A stretch of 64,000 nucleotides of DNA from an uncultured virus (IMG/VR IMGVR_UViG_3300034656_000087) (IMGVR_UViG_3300034656_000087); one strand, 5' to 3'; counted from the stretch's first letter, positions 27,397 to 37,762 are shown. A program made the numbers and translations. The notes: generated from the letters alone by a model not told the origin.

Positions 27397-27758
27397 TCGA
27401 CGCAGGCAAGCACTGGGCAGAAGCCAGTAACGGCAAGCCCAACTTGGTCAAGGACGACCTCGCCGCCCTGGGCATCACCCTGGGCGGCGAGCTAGCCGAA
27501 GAGGCAGAGGCGTTCGATGCCGAGCCAGATGTCTTTGAAGTGTTGCCAGAGAACTGGCAAGCCGTCGAGACATTTCAGCGTTGTTGCCGCCAATGGCGCT
27601 TCGCTGGCATGGGTGGTGCTGTTGGGCTGGATGTGCAAGCGGTGATCAGCGTTATCAGCCTCTACCAACTTCCCCCAGAGCAACAACTTGAGCGGCTGGA
27701 TCAAGTGCAGCTCATCGAGCGCGGCGCGCTCAGCGTCATGAACCAACCCCGCAACTAA
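27375..27758 (+). CDS. Frameshift extension of the tail chaperone (DUF1799)
   Basis: The -1 frame is open from the slip site; VLPENWQAVETF....QWR...GLD...IERGAL. Confidence 0.85.
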   Translation, partial: KEPSANLIDAGKHWAEASNGKPNLVKDDLAALGITLGGELAEEAEAFDAEPDVFEVLPENWQAVETFQRCCRQWRFAGMGGAVGLDVQAVISVISLYQLPPEQQLERLDQVQLIERGALSVMNQPRN

Positions 27759-27776
27759 ACGTTAGAAGGACACACC

Positions 27777-30700
27777 GTGGCGAACAATCTAACGCTTAGC
27801 GTCACCCTCACTGGCGATGGCCGTCAGCTCACCGGCACCTTGCGCAATGCGCAGGGTGAAGTGCGTGAGTTTGGCGGTACCACCGAGCGTGAAAGCGCTA
27901 GGGCTGAGCGTGCGTTAGAAGGCACTGGCCAACAGGCACAGACAGTTTCTGGCCATCTGAACCAACTTCGCACTGTGGCGATAGGCGTTGGGGCGGCATT
28001 AACGGCGATGGGCGTGTCTAGCTTTGCCAACGACACTTATCAGGCTGTGAGCAGCTCTCAACAGCTTCAGGCGTCACTCAAAACGGTTACCGGCTCAATA
28101 GCCAACGCCTCAGCAGCTTGGAATACGCTATTAGGCTTTGCAGCAGAAACACCTTTCACGCTTGATCAATCGGTTCAGGCATTCATCCGTATGCAATCGT
28201 TAGGTCTAAAACCTAGCCAAGAAGCACTACGATCCTACGGCAACACCGCCGCTGCCATGGGCAAAGACATGATGCAGATGGTGGAAGCTGTTGCTGACGC
28301 TACTACTGGAGAGTTTGAGCGTCTTAAAGAGTTCGGAATCAGAGCCAGCAAAGAAGGTGAGCAAGTGTCATTCACCTTCCAGGGTGTTACCACCACCGTG
28401 GCAAATAGTGCCTCCGCTATTAGCCAGTATTTACAAGAGATTGGTGAGCTGCAGTTTGCTGGTGCCATGGCCGATCAAATGGACACCCTTAGCGGTAAGG
28501 CATCTAACCTAGAAGATACAATCTACCAGTTCTACCTGGCCATTGGTGATGCTGGTGCTACGGGAGTTTTCGAAGCCACTCTCGCTAACGCCAGTAGCAC
28601 TGTGCAGTTTCTGACCGACAACATCGATACGTTAGCGTCCGGTGCTGAAATCCTAGCAGTGCTAGTGGGTGGACGCGTTGCTGTCGCCCTTACGACAGCT
28701 ACTACTGCCATGGTTGCAAAGACACTCGCCACACAAGCAGACCTAAGAGCAGAGGCAGCCGCAGCAGTTGCCAACACTCGCCGAACCGCCGCAGAAAAGC
28801 AGACCGCTCTCGCCCTTCTCAGTACTGCGCGACTAGAAGCACAGGCTACTCAAGGCACCGCTGCCCATACCTTTGCACTGCAACAGCTAAGCGTGGCTCG
28901 AACACGGGCCGCAACCGCAGCAGGCGCGCACACAGCAGCGATGAATACCGCCACAGCTGCTACGGCCAGGGCCAGCGTTGCAGCGCGCGGATTAAGCGGT
29001 GCTTTGGCACTGGTTGGTGGCCCACTGGGGCTGTTGGTCGGAGGTGCAGGTCTGCTTTATCTGTTCCGTGATGAGTTGGGGCTGACGGTTCCCCAAGTCG
29101 ACGCCAACACTACGGCGGTCAACAAGCTGACCAATGGGCTTGACGACATGAGCCAGGCCGCTGCTCAGCTCACACTGACATCTCTGGTGGGCCAGCTTGC
29201 GGAAGTACGCGCCCAGGCTGAAGTCACGGCTGAAGCCTTTACCAAGGTCGGCCAGATCGAAGGCGATGGCGGCGGTGGTTTCTTAGGCGTTGACGTAACG
29301 GCACAGACCAATGCCGTTCGTGAACTGGGCGAAACCAGCAACGCTACTCAGCAAGAAGCCGCCAACCTTGAAGCGGCTATTGCGCTAGTAGAAAGTCGAA
29401 TTGGTCAGTTGGGTGAACGCAATCGCGAAGTCACTCCCACGGTTACTGAAATTGGCGACGCTAGCGAAACCGCTGCGGCAAAAGCCAAAGAAATGGCGAA
29501 AGCAGCCAGCGAGCAAGCCGACGCTATCGAAGCCCTACGCAACCGCATGATCCCCCACCGCCAAGAGACGGTGCAGCTCGCTCAGGATCAAAACACCCTC
29601 AACCTCGCCTTCGCCATGGGCCGTGTAAGCGCCGCTGACTACTTATCGCTCATGGGTGCGTTGCAGCAGTCGTATATGGAGGTCACCGACACCTCTAAAA
29701 AAGCTGCCGACCAAATCAGCGTGGATGTTTCTACCTGGACCACCATCTCTGAAAACGGCATCCGCCGCGTGGACGATGCTGGGGTGGATCTCTGGCTCGG
29801 CCTGATTGATGGCAGCCGCAACGCCATGGATACCGTCAAACGCGGCATTCAGCAGTCGCTCGCTGAAATTGCCCACATGCTCACCACTCAACGGCTGACA
29901 GTGGCCATCGCGGGTTCGCTGGGTTTCAACACTAGCGGTGCGGGTGGCATGGGGGGTGTCGGTTCTGGCGGTGGATTTGGCATAAGCCCCGGCAGCATTA
30001 ACAACGCGTGGCAGGCACTGCAAGGCGGTATCGGCGGCATTCAGTGGGGCGGTGTTGGCAGCGCATCAGCGTATGGCGGTACCGGCTTTGCCAATGCGGC
30101 TACCAGTGGCCTAGGGCAAACCGGCTTCATGGGCGGCAGCCTGAACAACTTCAGCGGCATGCAGGGCTTAGCAGGCCTGGGCGCAGGCTTTGCGGGTAAC
30201 TGGCTAGGTGGCCAACTGTTTGGCCAGGGCAAGCATTCCAGCACGCTTGGCACCATTGGCGGCGCGGTCGGCACCTATTTTGGCGGCCCGTTGGGCGCGC
30301 TCGCTGGCTCCACGCTAGGCTCTGCACTGGGCGGCATCTTCGGCGGCTCCTGGGAAACCAAAGACGCAGGCCTGAATCTTGGTGTCTCTTCTGGCGACAT
30401 TACCGGCAATCAGTACGAGAACCAACGCAAGAGCGGAGGCTGGTTCTCCAGTTCAAAATCACGCACCCGCACGAGCGCCCTCAATGGCGAGCTTGAGGCG
30501 ATGCTGCAGGACGCATATGCCGCGCAAGAAGCATCGTTAGCCGTCACCCTCGAAACCCTGGGGCAACAGTCCAGCGCATTGAACGCGTTCAGCAGCGGCC
30601 TCACTCGCATCAGCACCAAAGGGCTGGATGAAGCGGAGGTAGAGCAAGCGGTTCAAGAGTGGCTGCAAAACGTGGTGAACAGCGCAGCGGCATCAGTCAC

Positions 30701-33239
30701 AGATCCCAGCCAGTACGCCCGCGCTGGCGAGACCACCGTTGATACGCTCAGCCGCCTAGCGGCCGCGCTAAGCGGCATCAACCCGATCCTAGAGCAGCTG
30801 CACGAGAACAGCCTGGCGGCCTCGCTAGCCGGTGGCGATGCAGCCAGCCACCTTGCCGAGCTGGCAGGCGGCATCGATGCGTTCAGCGCACGCGCCGACT
30901 ACTACTATCAGAACGTACTCACCGAAGCCGAGCGCCAAGAGCGCGCTATGAACGCAGCCGCGCAAGCCATGGGAGCTTTCACAGCCCGCACCGGGCGCGT
31001 GATCGAATCCACCGACGCCCTGCGTGAGCTTGTCGACGGTATCGACCTCACCACCGCTTCCGGGCGTGAGCTGTACAACCAGGCAATGAACCTAGCCCCG
31101 GCCCTGGTGGAGATCGAGCGCGGCCTAGAACGTGTTGGCCAGCAGTTTGAACAGATGCTCGCCGACGCCAGCGCGGTAGTTTCTGACGCTGAAGCGCAAG
31201 TGCGCCAAGCCTGGCAAACCTTCGACCGCCAGTCCTTCAGCCAGCAGATCGAGCTGCTGAACCTAATAGGCGACGCTGAAGGCGCGCTCGCCCTGGAACG
31301 CGAGCGCGAACTAGCAACGATCGACGAGGCCCTACGCCCCACCCAGGAGCGCATCTGGGCGATTCAAGACGAGATCGCGGTTCAGCAGAACGCGACTCAA
31401 GCGGCCCGCAACTATCAGAACGAAGTGGCGCGTGTACGCGACCAGCTCAACCAGCAGCTCGGCAATATTGGCAACTGGCTAGACCAGCAGCGAGCGACCA
31501 GCGGCACGCCTGAGATGAACCTGGCCACCGCCCAAGAGCAGCTCGCCCGGCAGTTGGTGCTCATAGAAAACGGCGACCGCACGGCGCTACAGAACATCAC
31601 TCAATACGCGCAGCAAGTACTTGAGGCTAACCAAGCTTTTAACGCCAGCAGCGCCGCTGGCCAGCGCATCCAAGAAGACGTTTATGCGGCTATCCGGGCA
31701 TTGCCCGATGCCATCAGTGCCGAGGAGTATCTCGCCACCGAGATCCGCGACGCCCTTCAATCCGTCGTCATCTCAGCCATGCCGACAGACGAACGCCTGA
31801 CGTTTGAGCTGAGTCGTGAACTGATCCGGTTGGATGCTAACCAGCTCACCGTTTCACAAGTGCGCACCGCGCTAGAGCCCATCGCCACAGACGCCGAGAT
31901 CAGCAAGCTCATCCGCGAAGTCGATACCAATGGCGATGGCATCATCACCCGTCAGGAGCTGGGCAACGCCCGGCTATCAGGATTAGCAGGCGGCATCGGT
32001 ACAACGCTGAAACCGATGTTCGACGCAATCGACCTGGACGCCTCCGGACTGATCGACTGGAACGAGTTCTATGGTGCGTTCGAGGGACTCGCTAGCGACC
32101 AGGAGTTACGGCGCATCTTCCAAAAGCTGGACGCCGACGGCAGCGGTACTATCAGCCGTCTAGAGGCACTTAACCGCTCCAATGAAGGTACAGAGGCAAA
32201 CACCGACTCACTGGAAAAGCAGGCCCGCGATCAACTGCGTGAGCTGAACGGATTGGTGAGCGAGATGGCGCGCTCCACCGATCAGTTTGTCGGGCTGAAC
32301 ACCACGATGGTGAGTCTGCGTGAATCAATCAGCGCACTGGGCGTTGCACAAGAAGAAGTGGCGAGGATTGAGCAGGAGCGTTTAGCGGCTGAGAAAGCGG
32401 AGCGAGAGAGGATTGAGCGGGAGCGCGTGGAAGCGCAGCGCGGGTCCTTAGCGAGTGAAATTGATCGCTTACAGCGTGAGCAGCAGTCGCTAGCAAATAC
32501 CGGTGTTTCGGCGCCCAGTCGCAGCGTTATCAACTCCAGTTATCGACATGTACCTGACGCGGTCAACAACATTAACCGCATCGCGGACAGCATCCTGGGC
32601 TCGTCGGGCGTTACTGACCGATCAGCTGAGCGTTTGCGTGACTACTACACAACCGGGGGTGGCTTCGCCCAGGATCAAGGCGTAGGTGATGCCCCTGGTC
32701 CAGGCGGCGCTTACTCGCCTGGCGGCTTGTACTGGCCTTACGTCCAGGCGTATATCAACGAGATTGAGAGCGCTGTCGACACCAGGCAGTCGGCTACTAG
32801 TCTGGATAGCGAAATTGCGAGATTGCGCGCTGAACTGAATAAATTGAACTCGGTTGATGGCTCACATGCCACAGGTCTATGGAATGTGCCGTTTGATGGC
32901 TATATCGCAGAGCTACACCGCGATGAAATGGTGGTGCCCGCGCAAACGGCGGGCCGGTTGCGCGAGCTACCGAGCCGTGAGCTACCCATGCCTGCACTGC
33001 CCAACTTCCCGCTCCTAGGCAATAACGATGTGCTTGAGACCCTGCGCGACCTCAAGCGTGAGATTGCAGAGCTACGCCGCGACAACGCCCGCTTGCAAGG
33101 CGAAAGCAACAAGCACCTGGCTGCCGCCAACAACCAGCGCGGAGCCGCTGCCACGCAGCAGATCGCTGCCACCGAGCGCGGCAACCGGATGCTGAAAAAG
33201 ATGGAAGATGACAAGCGACTGGAGGCGGCGAAACGATGA
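27777..33239 (+). CDS. Tape measure protein with internal EF-hand domain
   Basis: 1820 aa, Ala-rich; FAAETPF...GEFERLKEFGI tape motif; EF-hand loops at 31923, 32031, 32130. Confidence 0.93.
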   Translation: MANNLTLSVTLTGDGRQLTGTLRNAQGEVREFGGTTERESARAERALEGTGQQAQTVSGHLNQLRTVAIGVGAALTAMGVSSFANDTYQAVSSSQQLQASLKTVTGSIANASAAWNTLLGFAAETPFTLDQSVQAFIRMQSLGLKPSQEALRSYGNTAAAMGKDMMQMVEAVADATTGEFERLKEFGIRASKEGEQVSFTFQGVTTTVANSASAISQYLQEIGELQFAGAMADQMDTLSGKASNLEDTIYQFYLAIGDAGATGVFEATLANASSTVQFLTDNIDTLASGAEILAVLVGGRVAVALTTATTAMVAKTLATQADLRAEAAAAVANTRRTAAEKQTALALLSTARLEAQATQGTAAHTFALQQLSVARTRAATAAGAHTAAMNTATAATARASVAARGLSGALALVGGPLGLLVGGAGLLYLFRDELGLTVPQVDANTTAVNKLTNGLDDMSQAAAQLTLTSLVGQLAEVRAQAEVTAEAFTKVGQIEGDGGGGFLGVDVTAQTNAVRELGETSNATQQEAANLEAAIALVESRIGQLGERNREVTPTVTEIGDASETAAAKAKEMAKAASEQADAIEALRNRMIPHRQETVQLAQDQNTLNLAFAMGRVSAADYLSLMGALQQSYMEVTDTSKKAADQISVDVSTWTTISENGIRRVDDAGVDLWLGLIDGSRNAMDTVKRGIQQSLAEIAHMLTTQRLTVAIAGSLGFNTSGAGGMGGVGSGGGFGISPGSINNAWQALQGGIGGIQWGGVGSASAYGGTGFANAATSGLGQTGFMGGSLNNFSGMQGLAGLGAGFAGNWLGGQLFGQGKHSSTLGTIGGAVGTYFGGPLGALAGSTLGSALGGIFGGSWETKDAGLNLGVSSGDITGNQYENQRKSGGWFSSSKSRTRTSALNGELEAMLQDAYAAQEASLAVTLETLGQQSSALNAFSSGLTRISTKGLDEAEVEQAVQEWLQNVVNSAAASVTDPSQYARAGETTVDTLSRLAAALSGINPILEQLHENSLAASLAGGDAASHLAELAGGIDAFSARADYYYQNVLTEAERQERAMNAAAQAMGAFTARTGRVIESTDALRELVDGIDLTTASGRELYNQAMNLAPALVEIERGLERVGQQFEQMLADASAVVSDAEAQVRQAWQTFDRQSFSQQIELLNLIGDAEGALALERERELATIDEALRPTQERIWAIQDEIAVQQNATQAARNYQNEVARVRDQLNQQLGNIGNWLDQQRATSGTPEMNLATAQEQLARQLVLIENGDRTALQNITQYAQQVLEANQAFNASSAAGQRIQEDVYAAIRALPDAISAEEYLATEIRDALQSVVISAMPTDERLTFELSRELIRLDANQLTVSQVRTALEPIATDAEISKLIREVDTNGDGIITRQELGNARLSGLAGGIGTTLKPMFDAIDLDASGLIDWNEFYGAFEGLASDQELRRIFQKLDADGSGTISRLEALNRSNEGTEANTDSLEKQARDQLRELNGLVSEMARSTDQFVGLNTTMVSLRESISALGVAQEEVARIEQERLAAEKAERERIERERVEAQRGSLASEIDRLQREQQSLANTGVSAPSRSVINSSYRHVPDAVNNINRIADSILGSSGVTDRSAERLRDYYTTGGGFAQDQGVGDAPGPGGAYSPGGLYWPYVQAYINEIESAVDTRQSATSLDSEIARLRAELNKLNSVDGSHATGLWNVPFDGYIAELHRDEMVVPAQTAGRLRELPSRELPMPALPNFPLLGNNDVLETLRDLKREIAELRRDNARLQGESNKHLAAANNQRGAAATQQIAATERGNRMLKKMEDDKRLEAAKR

Positions 33240-34669
33240 CGTGGACACTCACCATTCAAGCCCGCGACGAAGAGAACCAGCCGCAAACGCTACGCTTTAG
33301 CTTTGGGCGCTACATGGATGATGCCGACAACTTCTACGACCCGCGCATTATGCAGCCGGGCTTGTATGAAGCGGGGCTGTACGCTGGCCAGCTACTCCAG
33401 CAGAGTCGCAGCGGCTACGGAGAAACAACGCTGATCAACACCGACGGCGGGTTGGACTACCTCGCCGGCTATGCCGTCGATGGGCGTGAGATGGTGCTCG
33501 CGCTCGATGGAGAGCCGCAAGTCATCGGCACCGTCGCACGCCTGGCGTTTTCCGATGACGAAGTCTCGGTGGTACTGCGCGACCCGCTGGAGCCGCTACG
33601 TTCACCGCACCCCATGGAGACCTATGCAGGCGATAACGCACTGCCCAATGGACTGGAAGGCACACAGGACGATATAGCTGGTGAGCCGAAGCCATTGGTG
33701 TTCGGTGAAGCGCGCAACGCCCAGCCAGTGCTCATCAACACCGCGCTGTTGATCTACCAGGTGTCATCGCTCGCAGACTGCACAATTCAAGCCGTTTACG
33801 ACAGAGGTGTCGCACTCGATAACGGCGGCGCCTACACAAGCCTGGCGCAGTTGCAAAGCACCGCCCCCGCACCGGGCACTTTCCGTGCCTACCAGGGCTA
33901 TGTCCGCGTCGGCGATAGCGCTACAGGCACGCTCACCGTCGATGCCGAACAAGCCGACCCTCGCGCCGGGGCCGTTGCCCAAGCGCTGGCGGCAGCACGC
34001 AGCTACATCCTGCATGAAGACGACGTGGCCACGCTGAATACCTACGGTGCAGTGCGCTTCTATATCACCACCCAAACCAACACGTTAGACCTGCTCGACC
34101 GTATCGCCGAGAGCATCGGCGGCTACCTATCCGCACAACCCGACCAGGTGCTGCGCTTAGGCACCTGGGAAGAACCCGAGCCAACCGACGCTGCGATTCG
34201 TGACTACGCCATTCAAACGGTCAGCCGCAGCGCCACCGGCGCTGGCCCCGGCGGGCTGCCAGTCTGGCGCGTCAACATCGACTGTGACCGCATTGAAACC
34301 GTGCAGCCGGACCTTGAGAGTAACGTTTCAGAGGCCCGCCGCGCCCGCTTGGCGCGACAGACCCGCCGTGTGGTCGCAACAGATGAAGCGGTGCGCGAAC
34401 GTCACCCGCTCGCCGGTGAACTCACGATCAATAGCGTGCTGGCCAGCTACAGCCAAAGCCAAGCCGTCGCCGACCGCGTGCTGGCCCTGCTGGGCGTCCG
34501 CCGCGACACGGTCACGGTCGAAGCGAATGAGGCGCTACTGCCCACCGTGGGCGGCAACCTAACGCTGATCACTCCTCGCCAGGGCTACGGCGCAGGCCGA
34601 ACGATGCGGGTGACAGGCTACCGGCTCAACGCGCAAACCAACGAACTCTCACTGAAGCTCTGGGGCTGA
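33236..34669 (+). CDS. Tail tip/hub protein
   Basis: YAG......EG..DDI.G.PKPLVFG; ends L.LWG; position. Confidence 0.75.
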   Translation: MTWTLTIQARDEENQPQTLRFSFGRYMDDADNFYDPRIMQPGLYEAGLYAGQLLQQSRSGYGETTLINTDGGLDYLAGYAVDGREMVLALDGEPQVIGTVARLAFSDDEVSVVLRDPLEPLRSPHPMETYAGDNALPNGLEGTQDDIAGEPKPLVFGEARNAQPVLINTALLIYQVSSLADCTIQAVYDRGVALDNGGAYTSLAQLQSTAPAPGTFRAYQGYVRVGDSATGTLTVDAEQADPRAGAVAQALAAARSYILHEDDVATLNTYGAVRFYITTQTNTLDLLDRIAESIGGYLSAQPDQVLRLGTWEEPEPTDAAIRDYAIQTVSRSATGAGPGGLPVWRVNIDCDRIETVQPDLESNVSEARRARLARQTRRVVATDEAVRERHPLAGELTINSVLASYSQSQAVADRVLALLGVRRDTVTVEANEALLPTVGGNLTLITPRQGYGAGRTMRVTGYRLNAQTNELSLKLWG

Positions 34670-34670
34670 T

Positions 34671-35546
34671 ATGGCACTTGATCCCAACAAAATCGCGCTG
34701 TGCTGGCCCAACTACATCGACGACGCTGTGGTAAGCGGCGGAGCATGGGTGCCCACGCTGCCACTGGAACACATTCAGGATGACCGTACTTCTGTCGTTG
34801 CTAAATCGGCTTCTTTAGACCCAGCGGCCACACAGTTTTCGATCGCGCTGCCCAAGCGCGAGCGCCTGCAAGTGCTCGCGATTTATGCCCACAATCTCAG
34901 CGCTACAGCGACGATCAGGGTGCGCGTATACCGCGACGCAGGCCAAACCGACTTGATCGACGACACTGGCTGGCAAAACGTCTGGCCCGTGCTGTATGGG
35001 CTAGATGACGTGATCTGGGGAAACGATAATTTCTGGAACCGCCGTCTCTCTGAAGATGACCGAACCAAGTACACGCCACTGACGCCGGTGCTGTTTGAGG
35101 AGCGTCTGCTGGGCACCAGCCTACACGTCGAGCTGCTCGATACCTCCAACCCCGACGGGGCGATCATGCTGGGCCGCGTCATGCCCGCCGATGTGTGGCA
35201 GCCCATCAAGAACCTCGACTGGAACGTCAGCCACGGCTACGACACCGGTACCCAAATCACCCGCGCTGGCGACCCCAAACGCACCGGCTACGCCCGCCGC
35301 GTCACGCCCAAGCGCACCGTGCAATTCCAGCTATCAAACCTCACGGAAGATGAAGCGTTTCTGCGTCTGCACCGGCTACAACGCACGCAAGATATCGTTG
35401 GCGAGATCCTCTACCTCTGGTCGCCAAGGCCGTCACCCACGAATTTTGCACGGGCAATGATTGCTCAGCAAACCGAACTCAACGGCATCACGCACCCATA
35501 CCACGCGAACTATGAGCACGCGATGTCACTACTGGAGATCCTATAA
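34671..35546 (+). CDS. Tail protein (distal-tail-like)
   Basis: LPL..I, HNLS..A.IR, WQP..N; position. Confidence 0.7.
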   Translation: MALDPNKIALCWPNYIDDAVVSGGAWVPTLPLEHIQDDRTSVVAKSASLDPAATQFSIALPKRERLQVLAIYAHNLSATATIRVRVYRDAGQTDLIDDTGWQNVWPVLYGLDDVIWGNDNFWNRRLSEDDRTKYTPLTPVLFEERLLGTSLHVELLDTSNPDGAIMLGRVMPADVWQPIKNLDWNVSHGYDTGTQITRAGDPKRTGYARRVTPKRTVQFQLSNLTEDEAFLRLHRLQRTQDIVGEILYLWSPRPSPTNFARAMIAQQTELNGITHPYHANYEHAMSLLEIL

Positions 35547-36785
35547 ATGGCGAGCGTAACGTTTCCCGAAGCGCTGGGCGGTAACGGCCAGACCTACACC
35601 GACGACGCAGACCCCAACACAGGCTTGGACGGCCTTGGTTATACCGTCCGTTTTATACCGTGCCTGCAACAAGCCGTAGTGATGGGCCTATCGGCACAAA
35701 GCAACGCCCAGGCCGCCGCTGACTATGTGCAACAGTGCCAAACACTGCGCGAAGAAGTGGCCACCGACCGACAAGCGGTTGCTGATGATCGTACCCACAT
35801 CGACCAACAGAAAACCGCTGTTGATACCGCCGCTGGGCAAGTAGCCACCGATAAGCAAGCCGTTGCTGGCGATCGTACCCACGTCGACCAACAGAAAACC
35901 GCTGTTGATACCGCTGCTGAGCAAGTGACTATTGATCGCCAAGCAGTCGCTGGCGATCGTACCCACGTCGACCAACAGAAAACCGCTGTTGATACCGCCG
36001 CTGGGCAAGTGGCCACTGACCGACAAGCCGTCTCTGATGACCGCTTGGCCAGCGAGCAGGCAGCCGGTGCTTCAAGTGATGCTGCTGACGCGTCTATTCT
36101 TGCTAGGAATCAGGCCGAAGCGCTCTACGGTGACCTAACCGCTGTAGACGCTGCAAAAACCGAAGCCCAACAGGCAGCGACCCTTTCAAGCGAAGAGCGA
36201 GGGCTAGCCGAGACAGCACGCGCTGGCGCTGAAACCGCTCAGGCCGCCTCAGAGCAAGCCGCAAGTACAAGCCAGCAGGCGGCCTCTGATGCAGTCGCTG
36301 CCCACGGTAATGAATTAAACCCCCACACTCAGTATGAAAAGAAAGAAGCGTTAAAAGCTGGGGCTTATCGAGCGGCAGTGGGCGTGGGTGATCTCTATAG
36401 CCGAGGCGGGGTTGTAGGTCCCGTTTCTCAAGATGGTGGCGTACCCACGGGCGCTGTTATTGAGCGAGGAAGTAACGCTAACGGGGAGTATACGAAATTC
36501 GCTGACGGGACGCTGATTTGCAGAAGCGGTATTCTCTCAGTTGGTGGCGTTGCATTAGCTTATGGTTCCATATACGAGAGTGAAACCTTTGTCTGGACAT
36601 TTCCACATGAATTTATTAGTTCGCCATCGCCATCTGGATTTGCGCTAGGAGGCAATAACAGAGCTTGGCTAGCATTGGGAGATAGCGGATCTTCGATGTC
36701 CCACTTAGCGGTGCGTCTCCTGAGAGCCGGATCGACTACGAGCACTATTACATTTTCTGAGACGGCTATAGGCCGCTGGTACTAA
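35547..36785 (+). CDS. Tail fibre / receptor-binding protein
   Basis: Coiled-coil repeats, NPHTQY, C-terminal GAVIERGSNANGEYTKFADGTLIC...AIGRW domain. Confidence 0.85.
   Translation: MASVTFPEALGGNGQTYTDDADPNTGLDGLGYTVRFIPCLQQAVVMGLSAQSNAQAAADYVQQCQTLREEVATDRQAVADDRTHIDQQKTAVDTAAGQVATDKQAVAGDRTHVDQQKTAVDTAAEQVTIDRQAVAGDRTHVDQQKTAVDTAAGQVATDRQAVSDDRLASEQAAGASSDAADASILARNQAEALYGDLTAVDAAKTEAQQAATLSSEERGLAETARAGAETAQAASEQAASTSQQAASDAVAAHGNELNPHTQYEKKEALKAGAYRAAVGVGDLYSRGGVVGPVSQDGGVPTGAVIERGSNANGEYTKFADGTLICRSGILSVGGVALAYGSIYESETFVWTFPHEFISSPSPSGFALGGNNRAWLALGDSGSSMSHLAVRLLRAGSTTSTITFSETAIGRWY
35757..36043 (+). repeat. 84-bp (28-aa) in-frame tandem repeat, ~3.4 copies
   Basis: VATDRQAVADDRTHIDQQKTAVDTAAGQ units. 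Confidence 0.9.
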
Positions 36786-36798
36786 AGGAAAAAAAAAT

Positions 36799-37119
36799 AT
36801 GAAACTGACACTCAATCTATCCCCCGTTCGTAGTGACGAAGAAACAACAGCCTCGATCGCAGGCACCGTGATAACCGTCAACGGCACCGACTACGACCTA
36901 TCGGAGCTACCCGACGGCGCGACCGCACAGCACCCCGTGTTGGGCAGAGTGAAGCGCAACGGTGACAACTATGAATGCTCGATCATCTTAGGTCATGGCC
37001 CCAACGCCCCCTACGAAACGCGCTTCCCCGAGCCGATCGTGCTGGAAAACCACAACGGGCCGATTGAGCTACCGCTATATGACATAGTGCCCGAAGAAGA
37101 GCAGGAGGCGACCCAATGA
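36799..37119 (+). CDS. Tail-fibre-associated protein
   Basis: LSPVRSD...VNG..YDLS.LPDGA...RFPEP; follows the fibre gene. Confidence 0.75.
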   Translation: MKLTLNLSPVRSDEETTASIAGTVITVNGTDYDLSELPDGATAQHPVLGRVKRNGDNYECSIILGHGPNAPYETRFPEPIVLENHNGPIELPLYDIVPEEEQEATQ

Positions 37120-37508
37120 GTTGGGTACAAGATGCAGAGGTAATCACTGCGGAAATGCGCGAAGTGGCACAAAAAACGTCGCTGAAAGCAGCTCTCGAAG
37201 AGTCACGCAAAGAAGCCGAGGCCGAAGGCGTGGTCATCAACGGCATTCGCTACAGCGGAGACCCCAGCAACCGCGCCGCTCTACTAGAGGTCGTCCAGTT
37301 CGCCCGTGAAGGTCAGCAAGCCACGTTTGCAGCGTGGAAAGATAGCGACGGCCAGTTTCACGCCAACCACCCCCTGGCAGACGTCGAGCAAGCACTGCAA
37401 TCCATCGCTCATCGCCGTGGCGCACTTATCGCATTGGAGGGGCAGTATCAGGCCCAGGTATTGGCGGGTGAGATTGAGAGCATTGAGGGGCTTAGCTGGG
37501 AAGTATAG
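37116..37508 (+). CDS. DUF4376-like tail-fibre-associated protein
   Basis: R...E..GV.ING......D.......WK..DG; ends I..L.W. Confidence 0.7.
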   Translation: MSWVQDAEVITAEMREVAQKTSLKAALEESRKEAEAEGVVINGIRYSGDPSNRAALLEVVQFAREGQQATFAAWKDSDGQFHANHPLADVEQALQSIAHRRGALIALEGQYQAQVLAGEIESIEGLSWEV

Positions 37509-37625
37509 AAGCCCATCCATGAGCTAGATCCCCGAAGTGGGGCATCACTGAGGCACTAAACCATGCCACTGGATGCTACATATCAACACCCGAATATCCC
37601 CTAGAAGGGGCAACATTGTAGAAGA

Positions 37626-37730
37626 GGAGTGACCACCCGAGGTGCGGACACACCGAAGGTGGCCACCAACAAGCAGCACACACCTGCCAGCCGGCCAAGA
37701 CTCCCCTGCCTCGCGAGGCACAGGCAGTCT
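37626..37730 (+). promoter_or_regulatory. Structured leader upstream of com-dam
   Basis: Several nested hairpins, 14-bp palindrome TGCCTCGCGAGGCA, alternative pairings. Confidence 0.5.
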
Positions 37731-37762
37731 AAGCCAAACGTTAGAACGTTAGAAGGCTTGAC

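Noticed and set aside
35757..36043. 84-bp repeats as CRISPR or DGR TR/VR pair
   Set aside because: In-frame coiled-coil repeats; differences are not adenine-specific and there are no spacers.
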